DNA of 64,000 bases from Bdellovibrionota bacterium (GTDB lineage: Bacteria; Bdellovibrionota_G; JALEGL01; DATDPG01). Below, piece after piece: positions 40,021 through 50,669 of this stretch. Within the stretch, counting starts at the first letter, position 1, and every line of letters starts with the position of its first letter. The stretch lies in NCBI GenBank assembly GCA_963668355.1, contig OY764265.1, positions 2,400,001 through 2,464,000 of the forward strand, read 5' to 3'. The notes under the pieces are model-generated. The model ran no database searches. It saw only the letters and a list, made by a program, of their open reading frames with translations, and was not told the DNA's origin. The position numbers were made by a program, and so were the translations under genes.

Positions 40021-42216
40021 ATGGAATATTATGCTCATAGCAAGGAAGACGTACCGCCGCAGGAATGGCAGAGACTTGAAGACCATCTAAAAAACGTTGC
40101 AGAGCGTGCAGCGGAGTTTGCTAGGCCGTTTGGTGGAGATGAATGGGCGTATATCGCAGGATTTTGGCACGATCTTGGAAAATATTCAGAAGAGTTTCAA
40201 CGTAAGCTTCAGGGGGAAAATATTCGGGTTGTTCATTCTGAAGCGGGCGGACATTTGTCACAGCAAAGAATGTTGCGGGGATTGGAACGTGTTTTCTGTT
40301 GGCTTATTATGGGACACCATGCTGGATTAGCAGATTATAGTTCGGGTGACTCAGGGGCAAAAGCGCTTGAGCCGAAGATGCGCAAACCAGAGAAATCTAA
40401 TATCATTCTTGAAAACGTTCCGGACAAAATTAAAAATCATCCAACACCAGATTTTCCACAACTCTTACACGACGGAGCGGATCTTTCTTTTCTTATCCGG
40501 ATGCTTTTTTCCTGTGTCGTAGATGCAGATTTTCTCGATACAGAAGCATTTATGGACGAAGGGCGCAAAAAGGTTCGTAGTAAAGTGTGTCCAACATTTG
40601 AAGAGTTGCTTGCTTCTTTTGATGCACATATGGATGAGATGTGCAAAGGGGTTAAGCCGTCGAAAGTGAATAAAGTTCGTGCTGAAGTATTAGCGAAGTG
40701 TCGCAACATGGCCGAACGAGAACCGTCGGTTTTTTCGCTGACGGTGCCGACGGGTGGTGGGAAGACTCTATCTTCACTGGATTTTGCTTTACGTCATGCC
40801 ATAAAGCATGGGAAGCGTCGAATTATCTATGTAATTCCATATACCAGCATCATTGAACAAACGGCAGAAGTGTTTCGAAACATTCCGATGTTTGAACGTG
40901 CTGTGCTTGAACACCATAGCAATGTGTCTATTGATGATCAAAGTAAACGGAACCGACTTGCTGCCGAAAACTGGGATATGCCGATTATTGTGACCACGGC
41001 TGTCCAGTTTTTCGAATCGCTCTATGCCAACAAAACCAGCCGATGCCGTAAACTGCACAATGTTGCCGATAGCGTAATTATTTTCGATGAAGCTCAGTGT
41101 TTGCCGCCGGATTTCCTTCGTCCCGCGGTGTTCGCCATTCGTGAACTTCACCGATATTATGGCGTAACGCCGGTTCTTTGTACTGCTACTCAGCCCGTGT
41201 TGACTCGAACCGAAAGTTTCGACTTTAAGTTCGAAGAAGGTTTTGAGTCGGTCGTAGAAATCGTCGAGAATCCTGATGCATTTTTTGATGATCTTAAACG
41301 TGTTGAAGTTAAAGTGTTTAACGACCTCAATCCAGTTGACTACAACTCAATTGCTAAATCCATTTGTTCCCAAAAAAAGTCCATTCTTTGCATTGTCAAT
41401 CGTAAGAACGATGCTCGTGAGTTGACTCGACTTCTTTCGGAAGAACAAACCGTTCATCTTTCCACCAATATGTGTGCAGAACATCGGCTTCAAACATTGA
41501 ATACCATAAAGCAGCGATTGAAAACAGGGAAAGAGCCGCTCTATGTTGTTAGTACCTCCTTGGTTGAGGCCGGAGTTGATCTTGATTTTCCCGTAGTGTA
41601 TCGCGCACTTGCTGGACTTGATTCCATCGCTCAAGCTGCCGGACGTTGCAACCGAGAAGGGTCTCTTTCAGCTTTTGGAAAAACAATTATTTTTGTTCCA
41701 GAAAAGCAACCTCATTACGTTTTGTCGTCCGCTTCTTTGGCGCGAGGTTATCTCCAAGAGGAAAAGCTTGCGGATATCTTTTTGCCAACAACTTTTCAAA
41801 ATTATTTCGGGCAACGGTTTTTTCAGCTCGGACAAAATGCCTTGGATAAGGAAGGAATACTTGCTTTGCTTGGTAATAACTCTGAATTTAGTTTTCAAAC
41901 CGCCGCTCAAAAATTTCGGCTCATCAACGATGACTGGACGCTTCCACTTATTGTTCCCTTCGGCGAGGCTCCGAAGCTTGTAGGCGATTTACTTCGATGG
42001 AATGTACGCAGTCTGTTTCGAAAACTCCAGCGCTATATTGTAAGCATTCCCAAAAGAACTATGAACCAGTTGATCAATGAAGGACACGCTCGGGAACTGC
42101 TTCCCGAGTATCCTGGAACCTACTATTTACATAACGGAGGGCTTTATACATCGCGTTTTGGCTTTGTTTCACCCGATAAGATTGATGCGTATGACCCCGA
42201 AGTAAATATTATTTAG
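40021..42216 (+). CDS. cas3: CRISPR-associated HD nuclease/helicase Cas3
   Basis: 'YAHS', 'HDLGK', 'GHHAGL', 'VPTGGGKT', 'DEAQ', 'QAAGRCNR'. Confidence 0.96.
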   Translation: MEYYAHSKEDVPPQEWQRLEDHLKNVAERAAEFARPFGGDEWAYIAGFWHDLGKYSEEFQRKLQGENIRVVHSEAGGHLSQQRMLRGLERVFCWLIMGHHAGLADYSSGDSGAKALEPKMRKPEKSNIILENVPDKIKNHPTPDFPQLLHDGADLSFLIRMLFSCVVDADFLDTEAFMDEGRKKVRSKVCPTFEELLASFDAHMDEMCKGVKPSKVNKVRAEVLAKCRNMAEREPSVFSLTVPTGGGKTLSSLDFALRHAIKHGKRRIIYVIPYTSIIEQTAEVFRNIPMFERAVLEHHSNVSIDDQSKRNRLAAENWDMPIIVTTAVQFFESLYANKTSRCRKLHNVADSVIIFDEAQCLPPDFLRPAVFAIRELHRYYGVTPVLCTATQPVLTRTESFDFKFEEGFESVVEIVENPDAFFDDLKRVEVKVFNDLNPVDYNSIAKSICSQKKSILCIVNRKNDARELTRLLSEEQTVHLSTNMCAEHRLQTLNTIKQRLKTGKEPLYVVSTSLVEAGVDLDFPVVYRALAGLDSIAQAAGRCNREGSLSAFGKTIIFVPEKQPHYVLSSASLARGYLQEEKLADIFLPTTFQNYFGQRFFQLGQNALDKEGILALLGNNSEFSFQTAAQKFRLINDDWTLPLIVPFGEAPKLVGDLLRWNVRSLFRKLQRYIVSIPKRTMNQLINEGHARELLPEYPGTYYLHNGGLYTSRFGFVSPDKIDAYDPEVNII

Positions 42217-42221
42217 GAGGA

Positions 42222-42890
42222 ATGAAGATGGATAAAAGTAAATCTTTCCGGTTGAAGGTAAGTGGGGATAATGCCTGCTTTACGCGACCAGAAATGAAAG
42301 TGGAACGGGTGTCGTACGATGTCATAACACCCTCCGCCGCACGCGGGATTCTTGAAGCGATTCTTTGGAAGCCTGCGATTAAATGGAATGTTCTTCAAAT
42401 TGATGTGCTCAAGCCTATTAAATGGGATTCGGTTCGGCGTAATGAGGTGGGAAAGAAAGCATCAAAACCATCTGCCGATCATTTGAAAGGTGAAAGCAAA
42501 AAACCTTTAGAGAATTTCATTGAAAAAGAGCGTCAACAGCGCGCCGGACTTTTTCTTCGTGATGTCGCCTATCTCATTCACGCTGAATTTGAAATGACAG
42601 AGAAAGCCGGAGATGATGACACGGTAACGAAATTTACAGAAATGTTTATTCGTCGTGCGAGTAATGGACAGTGTTTTCATCGTCCTTATTTTGGTTGCCG
42701 CGAGTTTCCTGTTGAATTTGAATTTGTTTCAAAAGATGCCGAAATGTTTTCAACCATTGAAAACACTCGTGATCTTGGCTGGATGCTCTACGATCTCGAT
42801 TATTCCAGAAAAGAACCCATGCCGAAATTCTTTCATGCAAAGATGGAAAACGGCTCTATCGATTTGCGAAACGTGGAAGTGCGATCATGA
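42222..42890 (+). CDS. cas5c: Type I-C Cas5
   Basis: 'ACFTRPEMKVERVSYDVITPSAARG', 'PYFGCREF'. Confidence 0.96.
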   Translation: MKMDKSKSFRLKVSGDNACFTRPEMKVERVSYDVITPSAARGILEAILWKPAIKWNVLQIDVLKPIKWDSVRRNEVGKKASKPSADHLKGESKKPLENFIEKERQQRAGLFLRDVAYLIHAEFEMTEKAGDDDTVTKFTEMFIRRASNGQCFHRPYFGCREFPVEFEFVSKDAEMFSTIENTRDLGWMLYDLDYSRKEPMPKFFHAKMENGSIDLRNVEVRS

Positions 42891-44614
42891 TTCTTAAAGC
42901 TTTAGCCGATTACTATCAACGTTTAGCTGTTGATCGCAATGTTGATATTGCCCCACCAGGTTTTGAACAAAAAACTATCGATTTTCTTGTTATGCTCAAC
43001 AAAGATGGCACTTTTGACGAATTGTGCGATCTTCGCGAAGGTGTAGGTAAAAAAAGAAAAGGGCGGTTATCACGTGTTCCAAAGGGTGTTAAGCGTTCAT
43101 CCGGTGTTGCCGCAAATTTGTTGTGGGATACTGTCGCATATGTTTTCGGCATCAATCCTGCCAAGCCGAAACGTGGTGAAGAGCAACACACGGCGTTTAT
43201 TGAAAAAATTGAACAAACATTTTCCGATTGCAAGAATGTCGGAATCCAGTCAGTTCTTACATTTCTGAAAACAGCGAATTTTGATTCTGTCTTTACACAT
43301 CCGGTTTGGAATGATTTGAAAGAAAGCCGTGGAAATATTTCCTTTGCTTTATCTGGCGAAACAGATCTTGTTTGCCAACACCCCGAAGTGGTTGCGGTCC
43401 TTCGAAGAAACACGAAACCAGAGGGAGAAACCCAGACCTGCTCTATCAGTGGAGTAGAAGATGTTCCTGCCGAGTTGCATACGGCCATCAAGGGGGTATG
43501 GGGCGCACAATCATCCGGAGCGAATATTGTTTCATTCAATCTCGATGCCTTTCGGTCATTTGGTAAAAAGCAGGGCCAAAATGCACCAATAGGGAAACAG
43601 ACTGAATTTTCCTACACCACCGCGCTTAATTTTTTGTTAGCTTCCGAAAATCAGAGAATGCAAGTCGGCGATGCCAGTACGATTTTCTGGGCGAAGAATC
43701 CTTGCGATTTTGAGACAGATTTTCATCCTTTGCTTGTACCCAAAAAAGGTGAGGAGGCGATAAGCTACGATAAAATTAGAGGGTTACTATCGGCGGTAAA
43801 ATCCGGAGTTTTTCCTGAAGAGGCAGATATGCCGTTTTATGTTCTTGGCCTTGCTCCGAACGCATCGCGCATAGCTATTCGTTTTTGGCATGAAGGCAAC
43901 GTCAAGGAAATTAAGGAACGAATTGCTGAGCATTTTCAGGATATTGAGATGATTAGGGCTCCGCATGATCCTGAGTTTCTTTCGCTGTTTCAGTTGCTGG
44001 TTTCTACAGCAACTGAACATAAGTCCGAGAATATTCCACCGAATCTTGGTGGCGAAATTATGCGAGCAGTTTTGACAGGAAGGGTTTATCCGCGAACACT
44101 TTTGGCAAACGCGATACGGCGCTGTAAGGCAGAACAACGGGTCAATTTTGCTCGTGTTTCCATCATTAAAGGGGTGTTGTTTCGCAATGCTCGAATTTTA
44201 AAATCAACCAATAAGGAGGTTTCCATGGCGTTGGATAAAACATACGACAACATCGGATACGTACTTGGACGGCAATTTGCTGTACTTGAACGCATTCAAG
44301 AATTGGCTTTAGGCGGTCATCTGAACAAAACGATTCGCGACACCTATTTTGGCGCTGCAACCAGTTCACCTTTGGTTGTATTTAAGCGATTGGATAATTT
44401 GGCTATCCATCATCTCGCAAAAATCCGTAATTCCGGGAAAAATGCGGTCTGGCTAGAAAAACTGATGGGTGAAATTAAGGATTTTGTGCCCAAAGAAGGT
44501 GTTCCACCTATTCTCAACTTGGAAGATCAAGGTCGTTTTTCGGTTGGCTACTATCACCAACGACAGGAATTTTTCACGAAAAAAGAAAATGAAGACAAGG
44601 GAGAAGAACAATGA
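42887..44614 (+). CDS. cas8c: Type I-C Cas8c/Csd1
   Basis: '[10 protein letters not shown]', 'VSFN..AF.SFGK.QG.NAP', 'LGLAPNASR', 'GYYHQ'. Confidence 0.95.
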   Translation: MILKALADYYQRLAVDRNVDIAPPGFEQKTIDFLVMLNKDGTFDELCDLREGVGKKRKGRLSRVPKGVKRSSGVAANLLWDTVAYVFGINPAKPKRGEEQHTAFIEKIEQTFSDCKNVGIQSVLTFLKTANFDSVFTHPVWNDLKESRGNISFALSGETDLVCQHPEVVAVLRRNTKPEGETQTCSISGVEDVPAELHTAIKGVWGAQSSGANIVSFNLDAFRSFGKKQGQNAPIGKQTEFSYTTALNFLLASENQRMQVGDASTIFWAKNPCDFETDFHPLLVPKKGEEAISYDKIRGLLSAVKSGVFPEEADMPFYVLGLAPNASRIAIRFWHEGNVKEIKERIAEHFQDIEMIRAPHDPEFLSLFQLLVSTATEHKSENIPPNLGGEIMRAVLTGRVYPRTLLANAIRRCKAEQRVNFARVSIIKGVLFRNARILKSTNKEVSMALDKTYDNIGYVLGRQFAVLERIQELALGGHLNKTIRDTYFGAATSSPLVVFKRLDNLAIHHLAKIRNSGKNAVWLEKLMGEIKDFVPKEGVPPILNLEDQGRFSVGYYHQRQEFFTKKENEDKGEEQ

Positions 44615-45477
44615 ATGAACCAGTCAAGAATCGTTATGAATTTGTATTGCTGTTTGATGTAAAGGACGGAAACCCTAACGGTGATCCTGATGCCGGAAAC
44701 TTACCGCGCATTGACCCCGAAACGGGGAATGGTCTTGTTACCGATGTCTGTCTCAAACGCAAGGTTCGAAATTATGTCCAAATGATGAAGGCTGATAAGT
44801 CGGAGATGAAAATCTTTGTGAAGGAAAAAGCCGTTCTTAACAACTTAATTGGTGAGGCGCATGAACAGGAATTTGTAAAATCTCAGGAAAAAGAAGCAGA
44901 TAAAACTGAGGCTGCTCGGAAGTGGATGTGTGAAAATTATTTTGATATTCGTACTTTTGGTGCAGTTATGAGCACTGGGAAGAATGCTGGTCAGGTTCGT
45001 GGTCCGGTTCAGTTTGGTTTTGCTCGCAGCAAAGATCGCATCTTTACCGGTGAGCATACGATCACACGCATGGCAGTAGCTACCGAGGCAGAAGCTGAAA
45101 AGCAAAAAGGGGGTAACCGTACGATGGGACGCAAGTTTACGATTCCCTACGGCCTTTACGAAATTCACGGATTCATTTCCGCACCACTGGCGAAACAAAC
45201 AGGATTTTCCGAAGATGATTTAGCATTGTTTTGGGATGCGTTACTGAATATGTTTGATCATGATCGATCTGCTGCGCGTGGCGAAATGGCTCCGCAGAAA
45301 TTAATCGTTTTTAAGCACGATTCCGAACTTGGAAATGCACCAGCGCAGAAATTGTTTAAACTTATTTCTGTGAAAAAGAAGGAGTCACTTGGTGATGCTC
45401 CGCCGCGTTCATTTGATGATTATGAGGTTTCTCTCAGTGAAGCTCCTGCCGGTGTGGAATTGATTGAGAAGCTTTGA
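44611..45477 (+). CDS. cas7c: Type I-C Cas7/Csd2
   Basis: '[14 protein letters not shown]', '[11 protein letters not shown]', 'FDIRTFGAV'. Confidence 0.96.
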   Translation: MNEPVKNRYEFVLLFDVKDGNPNGDPDAGNLPRIDPETGNGLVTDVCLKRKVRNYVQMMKADKSEMKIFVKEKAVLNNLIGEAHEQEFVKSQEKEADKTEAARKWMCENYFDIRTFGAVMSTGKNAGQVRGPVQFGFARSKDRIFTGEHTITRMAVATEAEAEKQKGGNRTMGRKFTIPYGLYEIHGFISAPLAKQTGFSEDDLALFWDALLNMFDHDRSAARGEMAPQKLIVFKHDSELGNAPAQKLFKLISVKKKESLGDAPPRSFDDYEVSLSEAPAGVELIEKL

Positions 45478-46187
45478 TGGTTTTTTCTGAAGTCGATCTT
45501 CTTCCACTTTCGGCTTTGCAACACCTTGTATATTGCGAGCGACAGTGTGCGTTGATCCATATCGAGCAGGTGTGGGTAGAAAATCGATTTACGGCTGAGG
45601 GGCGGATAAGACATGAACGAGCACATGAGGCAAGGAGTGAATCGCGAGGTCCGTTGCGGATCGCACGAGGATTGCCAATACGATCGCTGCAGCTCGGACT
45701 GTCGGGAATAGCGGATATAGTGGAGTTTCACCGTGCCACTTCCGATTTATCTCCTGAAATGGATTCCGGTCCGCCTTCGGAAACTGAGCCAATTGCACTG
45801 CCAGAAATTGCAGGAATGTGGAGACCTTATCCTGTGGAGTATAAACGCGGACGTCCCAAGTCGCACCGTGCAGATGAGATTCAAGTGTGCGCTCAGGCGA
45901 TGTGTATGGAAGAAACGTTAGGTGGACATATTGTTGAAGGTGCGTTGTTTTATGGCAAAACCCAACGACGTAAGGTTGTGCGATTCAATACTGTGTTGCG
46001 GGATTTGGTGAGGAAGACAGCTGCAAAATTACATGTTTTGATTGAAAACGGTGTGATTCCATCGCCGGTTTTTGAGAAACGCAAATGTCAAGAATGTAGT
46101 CTGATCGATGTTTGTCTGCCGGAAGGATTGGAGAAACGTCGTACGGTATGGGGATATGTGAAGCGACATCTTTTTGTGGTGGAGTAA
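45474..46187 (+). CDS. cas4: Cas4 nuclease
   Basis: 'YCERQCAL', 'PVEYKRG', C-terminal '[10 protein letters not shown]'. Confidence 0.95.
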   Translation: MMVFSEVDLLPLSALQHLVYCERQCALIHIEQVWVENRFTAEGRIRHERAHEARSESRGPLRIARGLPIRSLQLGLSGIADIVEFHRATSDLSPEMDSGPPSETEPIALPEIAGMWRPYPVEYKRGRPKSHRADEIQVCAQAMCMEETLGGHIVEGALFYGKTQRRKVVRFNTVLRDLVRKTAAKLHVLIENGVIPSPVFEKRKCQECSLIDVCLPEGLEKRRTVWGYVKRHLFVVE

Positions 46188-46205
46188 GAAGAACAGGAGG
46201 TTCGC

Positions 46206-47237
46206 ATGCGCAAATTGCTGAATAACTTGTATGTGACAACGCAGGGAGCATATCTCGCGCGTGAGAATGAGACGGTTGCAGTGCGAATCGAACATGAAAC
46301 TCGTTTGCGTGTTCCGATTCATACTCTTAGCGGCATTATGTGTTTTGGAAATGTTTCATGCAGTCCATTTTTACTCGGATTGTGCGGTGAACATGATGTT
46401 GGAGTAGCGTTTCTTACGGAGTATGGTCGGTTTTTGGCACGTGTACAGCCACCAGTTTCTGGAAATGTGTTGTTACGTCGTGAGCAGTATCGTCGTGCCG
46501 ATGATTTGCAGGAATCGGCAACGATTGCTCGGAGCGTGTTGGCTGGAAAGATTGCAAATGGACGAAGTGTCTTGATGCGGACAGCACGTGAAGGAAAAGA
46601 CGCTACGCAGGGAGATGTGTTGCACAAGGCCATCGAGGCATTGTTGCGTTTGAGTAAACGGCTGGAAAATCCTTTACCACTTGATATTGCCCGGGCGACT
46701 GAAGGTGAAGCTGCGGCCATATACTTTGGAGTTTTTGATCATTTGATCACGGTGCAAAAAGAGGATTTTGTTTTCAAAAAACGCACACGGCGTCCGCCGA
46801 CCGATCCAGTTAATGCGTTGTTGTCATTTCATTATACATTGCTAGTACACGATGTTTCGTCGGCGTTACAGAGTGTTGGACTGGATCCACAGGTTGGTTT
46901 TTTACATCGCGATCGTCCAGGGCGTCCGAGTTTTGCACTAGATTTGATGGAAGAATTGCGTCCGATGTTTGCTGATCGACAGGTATTGACACTCATCAAT
47001 CGTCGGCAAGTTCAAGCGCGAGATTTTCGTACGGGGGAAACGGGAGCAGTGTTGTTGCAAGATAAAGTGCGTAAAGAAGTTCTTGTGGCGTATCAGAAGC
47101 GCAAGCAGGAAATGATCACGCATCCATTTCTCGGTGAAAAAATTGCGATTGGGTTAGTGCCATATGTTCAGTCATTGTTATTTGCTCGCTATCTGCGTGG
47201 TGATCTGGACGGATATCCACCGTTTTTTTGGAAGTAA
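46206..47237 (+). CDS. cas1: Type I-C Cas1
   Basis: 'LLNNLYVTTQG', 'EGEAA..YF', 'RRPP.DPVNALLS', 'ALDLMEELR'. Confidence 0.97.
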   Translation: MRKLLNNLYVTTQGAYLARENETVAVRIEHETRLRVPIHTLSGIMCFGNVSCSPFLLGLCGEHDVGVAFLTEYGRFLARVQPPVSGNVLLRREQYRRADDLQESATIARSVLAGKIANGRSVLMRTAREGKDATQGDVLHKAIEALLRLSKRLENPLPLDIARATEGEAAAIYFGVFDHLITVQKEDFVFKKRTRRPPTDPVNALLSFHYTLLVHDVSSALQSVGLDPQVGFLHRDRPGRPSFALDLMEELRPMFADRQVLTLINRRQVQARDFRTGETGAVLLQDKVRKEVLVAYQKRKQEMITHPFLGEKIAIGLVPYVQSLLFARYLRGDLDGYPPFFWK

Positions 47238-47241
47238 GATT

Positions 47242-47532
47242 ATGATGGTTCTGGTTACTTACGATGTAAATACAGAAAGTAAAGAAGGACGCTGTCGTTT
47301 GCGCAAGGTAGCCAAAGCATGTGAAGCGCGGGGACAACGTGTGCAGTTTAGTGTGTTTGAGTGTTTGCTTGATCCTGCGCAATGGGCACAACTCAAAGCA
47401 TATCTTGAGAAAATCATTGAGCCTGAAACGGATAGTTTGCGTTATTACTATCTGGGCGCAAATTGGAAACGTCGTGTGGAGCATGTAGGGGCGAAAGAGG
47501 GATACGATCCCGAAGGGCCTTTGATTGTTTAA
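47242..47532 (+). CDS. cas2: Cas2
   Basis: 'VLVTYDV', 'GQRVQFSVFEC', 'DSLRYY'; start at ATG 47242. Confidence 0.96.
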   Translation: MMVLVTYDVNTESKEGRCRLRKVAKACEARGQRVQFSVFECLLDPAQWAQLKAYLEKIIEPETDSLRYYYLGANWKRRVEHVGAKEGYDPEGPLIV

Positions 47533-47717
47533 AAGTCTGTGCGCGAACCTAGGGCGATCAAGATTTTCTAGGAGGTTCGCATGTTGACTAAGTTCTTTGA
47601 AATTTGAAAGATTTTGAAATTAAATTTTGTTGTTGGTCTTTGGGAGAAAATTTAACAACGGACTTCGCGCAAACTGCCATTTTGACCCTTGTAGATATGG
47701 AAGTTAGACTAGGGTCT
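47533..47717 (+). promoter_or_regulatory. CRISPR leader
   Basis: AT-rich 185 bp between cas2 and the first repeat; contains GCGAACC...GGTTCGC inverted motif. Confidence 0.8.
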
Positions 47718-48855
47718 GTCGCCCCCCACGCGGGGGCGTGGATTGAAACGTGTTTATTTGGGAGAAATCGTCAGTGATATAGAGTCGCCCCCCACGCGGG
47801 GGCGTGGATTGAAACATTTGTATGATTTTTTGGGTGAACATTGCGTTCGGTCGCCCCCCACGCGGGGGCGTGGATTGAAACATGTAGACCAGGCTTTAAA
47901 TAACCGGGTGCAATTGTCGCCCCCCACGCGGGGGCGTGGATTGAAACACTTGTCGCCAGGTTGGTGCAATTTGGATGCACGTCGCCCCCCACGCGGGGGC
48001 GTGGATTGAAACCTTCACCGCAGTGTACGCCGATTCAGATTCTTCGGTCGCCCCCCACGCGGGGGCGTGGATTGAAACTTAATCCAGAAACAAACGAACT
48101 CGAACAGCAAGGTCGCCCCCCACGCGGGGGCGTGGATTGAAACACGTAAATATCCGCAACGAACTCCCGATCACCAAGTCGCCCCCCACGCGGGGGCGTG
48201 GATTGAAACATTTATGGCGAAACAAACTGACCGGCAAAAAGGAGTCGCCCCCCACGCGGGGGCGTGGATTGAAACATACTCATCGCGGTATTGAGTGATG
48301 GTATCTGGGTCGCCCCCCACGCGGGGGCGTGGATTGAAACATGGAAAGGTTGAGGGGATTGTTTATCGGTCGAGTCGCCCCCCACGCGGGGGCGTGGATT
48401 GAAACTATTAAGCACCGAAATGTTTGCTTATCTTTCGGGTCGCCCCCCACGCGGGGGCGTGGATTGAAACACCAATCAAGGGTTTGATGTTATCGAAGCG
48501 CAGATGTCGCCCCCCACGCGGGGGCGTGGATTGAAACTTCCTCGGCATGTTTCGCGCTGCCCTGCTTGGATGTCGCCCCCCACGCGGGGGCGTGGATTGA
48601 AACACAATACCCACACCCAGAAACCGGAGGTACTTCGTCGCCCCCCACGCGGGGGCGTGGATTGAAACACACAAACAAGGCACTCCAATTCCAGATGCCG
48701 TTGTCGCCCCCCACGCGGGGGCGTGGATTGAAACCTAAACACACCAAGGTAGCTCACAAATAATCTCAGTCGCCCCCCACGCGGGGGCGTGGATTGAAAC
48801 ATGTCCCCCTTGTTTTTCGAAAGAAAATACGTGGGTTGCCTCCGTAAATTGAAAC
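47718..48855 (+). CRISPR. Type I-C CRISPR array: 17 identical 32-bp repeats plus 1 degenerate terminal repeat, 17 spacers of 33-35 bp
   Basis: Repeat GTCGCCCCCCACGCGGGGGCGTGGATTGAAAC from 47718 to 48800; truncated GTTGCCTCCGTAAATTGAAAC at 48835-48855. Confidence 0.98.
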
Positions 48856-48901
48856 CATTAATGACGAGTAGGAGAGTTCCGATAGCTCCTTGAGTATTTT
48901 T

Positions 48902-48932
48902 GGCCCCTCCGCCCGGTGTAGATCCTCCCAAA
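48902..48932 (+). repeat. 31-bp direct-repeat core, right island boundary
   Basis: Identical to 38516-38546; starts 47 bp after the end of the degenerate CRISPR repeat. Confidence 0.95.
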
Positions 48933-49021
48933 AAATATATTTCAATCCAAAACTCTTCTTGAGCATCTATCAAGGTTGTTTGTATGAACCGTGGTCTTCT
49001 TTTTCAATTTGTTAGATCAAA

Positions 49022-50134
49022 TTAGGATGTCACGGATTTGACGGCGGGGGACTCTTCTACTTCAGCGGGTTTTGTGGATTCGAGTTTTTCGACGCGGCCT
49101 TGAATTTTTTCCAGGCGTTTGCTGCCTTTCTCCATGGCTCCGGACGCATTTTTTATGTGTTTGTCCACGAGCTGAAACTCTTCGCTCAAGCGTCTAAGAT
49201 CATCTTGTAGACGGGCCAAGAAGGCGAAGATTTCTTTCGCGCGTTCTTCGATTCGAAGACCGCGTAAGCCCAGTAAAATGGCTTGGAGATAGGCATAGAA
49301 ACTATTGGGTGAAACCGGGATCACTCGTTTTTTTAAGGCATATGTGTTGATCCCAAGCGGCTCTCCAAATCGTTCGTCTCGAAGAATGGCTTCGTAATAG
49401 ATGTTTTCAGCCGGAACATACATGAGGGCAAAATCAAGTGTGTTCTCGTCGGGGCGAATGTATTTTTGGGCGATGGCATCGACATGTTTTTTGAAGTCCG
49501 TTGAAAAGGCTTTTCGAAATCGATCCCGCTCCGCATCCTCAATATTGGGTTGGATCATTCGTTGAAAGTTTTCCAACGGGAACTTGGCATCCACCGGAAC
49601 CAAATGGCTTTGAGGGAGATGAATCACGGCGTCCACGGTATCGCCGGATCGAAATCCATATTGCATCGTGAAATAGCTGGAAGGAAGGATTTGTGCGAGA
49701 AGCTCCTCCAGAAACAGTTCGCCAAGGTTTCCTCGAAGTTTGGGGGCTCGCAGGACCTCTTGCAGTCGGGCCACCTCTTCTCCAACATGTTGAATCTGTT
49801 TGTGGGTTTCTTCCAGTTTCCCCAAACGCTCGGCAACTTGGCTGAAGAGTTCTGAGTTTTGATTCAGCCTCTGTCCGACGGTTTCGTGAGTGTTCTGGAC
49901 CATTTGACTGGTTTGCGCGAGGCCTTCGTTCATTCGTTGATGAAAGCGGTCTAGCTCGGTTCCCGTGAGTTTGGAGACATCTTGAAGGGAACGAGAAAGT
50001 TGATCGTTCAAACTCGTGAGCTGTTGTTGGATGAGGGAGAGGGAGGCATCTTGCTTGGGTCGTCGAAGAACCCAAACCAAAACTGCCAAAAAGGCCACAG
50101 AAAGTCCCATGAAAGCTACGATCACCCAATTCAT
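49022..50134 (-). CDS. rmuC: DNA recombination protein RmuC
   Basis: N-terminal TM, coiled coil, 'RGNLGE', 'VDAKFPL', 'KYI', 'DFALMYVPAE', 'VSP'. Confidence 0.92.
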   Translation of the reverse strand: MNWVIVAFMGLSVAFLAVLVWVLRRPKQDASLSLIQQQLTSLNDQLSRSLQDVSKLTGTELDRFHQRMNEGLAQTSQMVQNTHETVGQRLNQNSELFSQVAERLGKLEETHKQIQHVGEEVARLQEVLRAPKLRGNLGELFLEELLAQILPSSYFTMQYGFRSGDTVDAVIHLPQSHLVPVDAKFPLENFQRMIQPNIEDAERDRFRKAFSTDFKKHVDAIAQKYIRPDENTLDFALMYVPAENIYYEAILRDERFGEPLGINTYALKKRVIPVSPNSFYAYLQAILLGLRGLRIEERAKEIFAFLARLQDDLRRLSEEFQLVDKHIKNASGAMEKGSKRLEKIQGRVEKLESTKPAEVEESPAVKSVTS

Positions 50135-50172
50135 GGCGTGATCGTAGCTTTTAGGTGCCTCAAGTCAAAGAG

Positions 50173-50427
50173 TTATTCTTCGGCAAAAGCCGCCCCGTCA
50201 TCAAAATTGCTCATATCTCTTTTCTTATATTGCTCTGTTGTAATGCGTTCGCCATGAATATTACTTTCTTCTCCTGCGATCGCATTTCCGATTCGAGCAA
50301 ATGCCTTTTGAATGTTGATGCTTGTCGCTGTCAGGACGGCTACAGACGAAACGGCAACGAGTCCGACGATTAAAAGATATTCGGTCAATCCTTGACCTTG
50401 TTTTCTGTTTTTTGAAGTTCTTATCAT
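50173..50427 (-). CDS. Flp/type IVb pilin-like protein
   Basis: 'KQGQGLTEYLLIVGLVAV' Flp motif (G|xxxxEY); GGGAG RBS before ATG 50427. Confidence 0.85.
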   Translation of the reverse strand: MIRTSKNRKQGQGLTEYLLIVGLVAVSSVAVLTATSINIQKAFARIGNAIAGEESNIHGERITTEQYKKRDMSNFDDGAAFAEE

Positions 50428-50452
50428 TTCTTCTCCCTTTCTATGGAGGCTC

Positions 50453-50656
50453 TTAGGGAACAGGGCGATTGAGGAGAACCCGATCTTCCTCAATTTTGTT
50501 TTTCATCTCCATTCGCAATTGTTCATCCAATGTGGACGGTTCCCCATTTAGGGAAACTCCAGACAAAAGGCTGGTGGAGGCAAGAACAACGATGAAAAAC
50601 ATCCAAACCACAACGAGATACTCCAAGAGGGTTTGTCCTGTTTCCTGATTTTTCAC
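50453..50656 (-). CDS. Second Flp-like prepilin
   Basis: 'ETGQTLLEYLVVVW' Flp-like motif, GTG start. Confidence 0.65.
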   Translation of the reverse strand: MKNQETGQTLLEYLVVVWMFFIVVLASTSLLSGVSLNGEPSTLDEQLRMEMKNKIEEDRVLLNRPVP

Positions 50657-50669
50657 AAACGCAGACTTC

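Larger units (their letters stand above)
38516..48932. mobile_element. Putative integrated island (Xre/RES TA + type I-C CRISPR-Cas), no encoded recombinase
   Basis: Bounded by identical 31-bp cores with cross-complementary arms; inserted between convergent nlpD-like and rmuC genes; cargo is entirely defence/TA. Confidence 0.7.

Noticed and set aside
47882..48177. 9-nt matches between neighbouring spacers (GGTGCAATT in spacers 3 and 4; AACGAACTC in 6 and 7)
   Set aside because: Too short and with unrelated flanks; cannot be separated from chance by eye.
47743..48973. ORFs across the CRISPR array
   Set aside because: They are translations of repeats and spacers.
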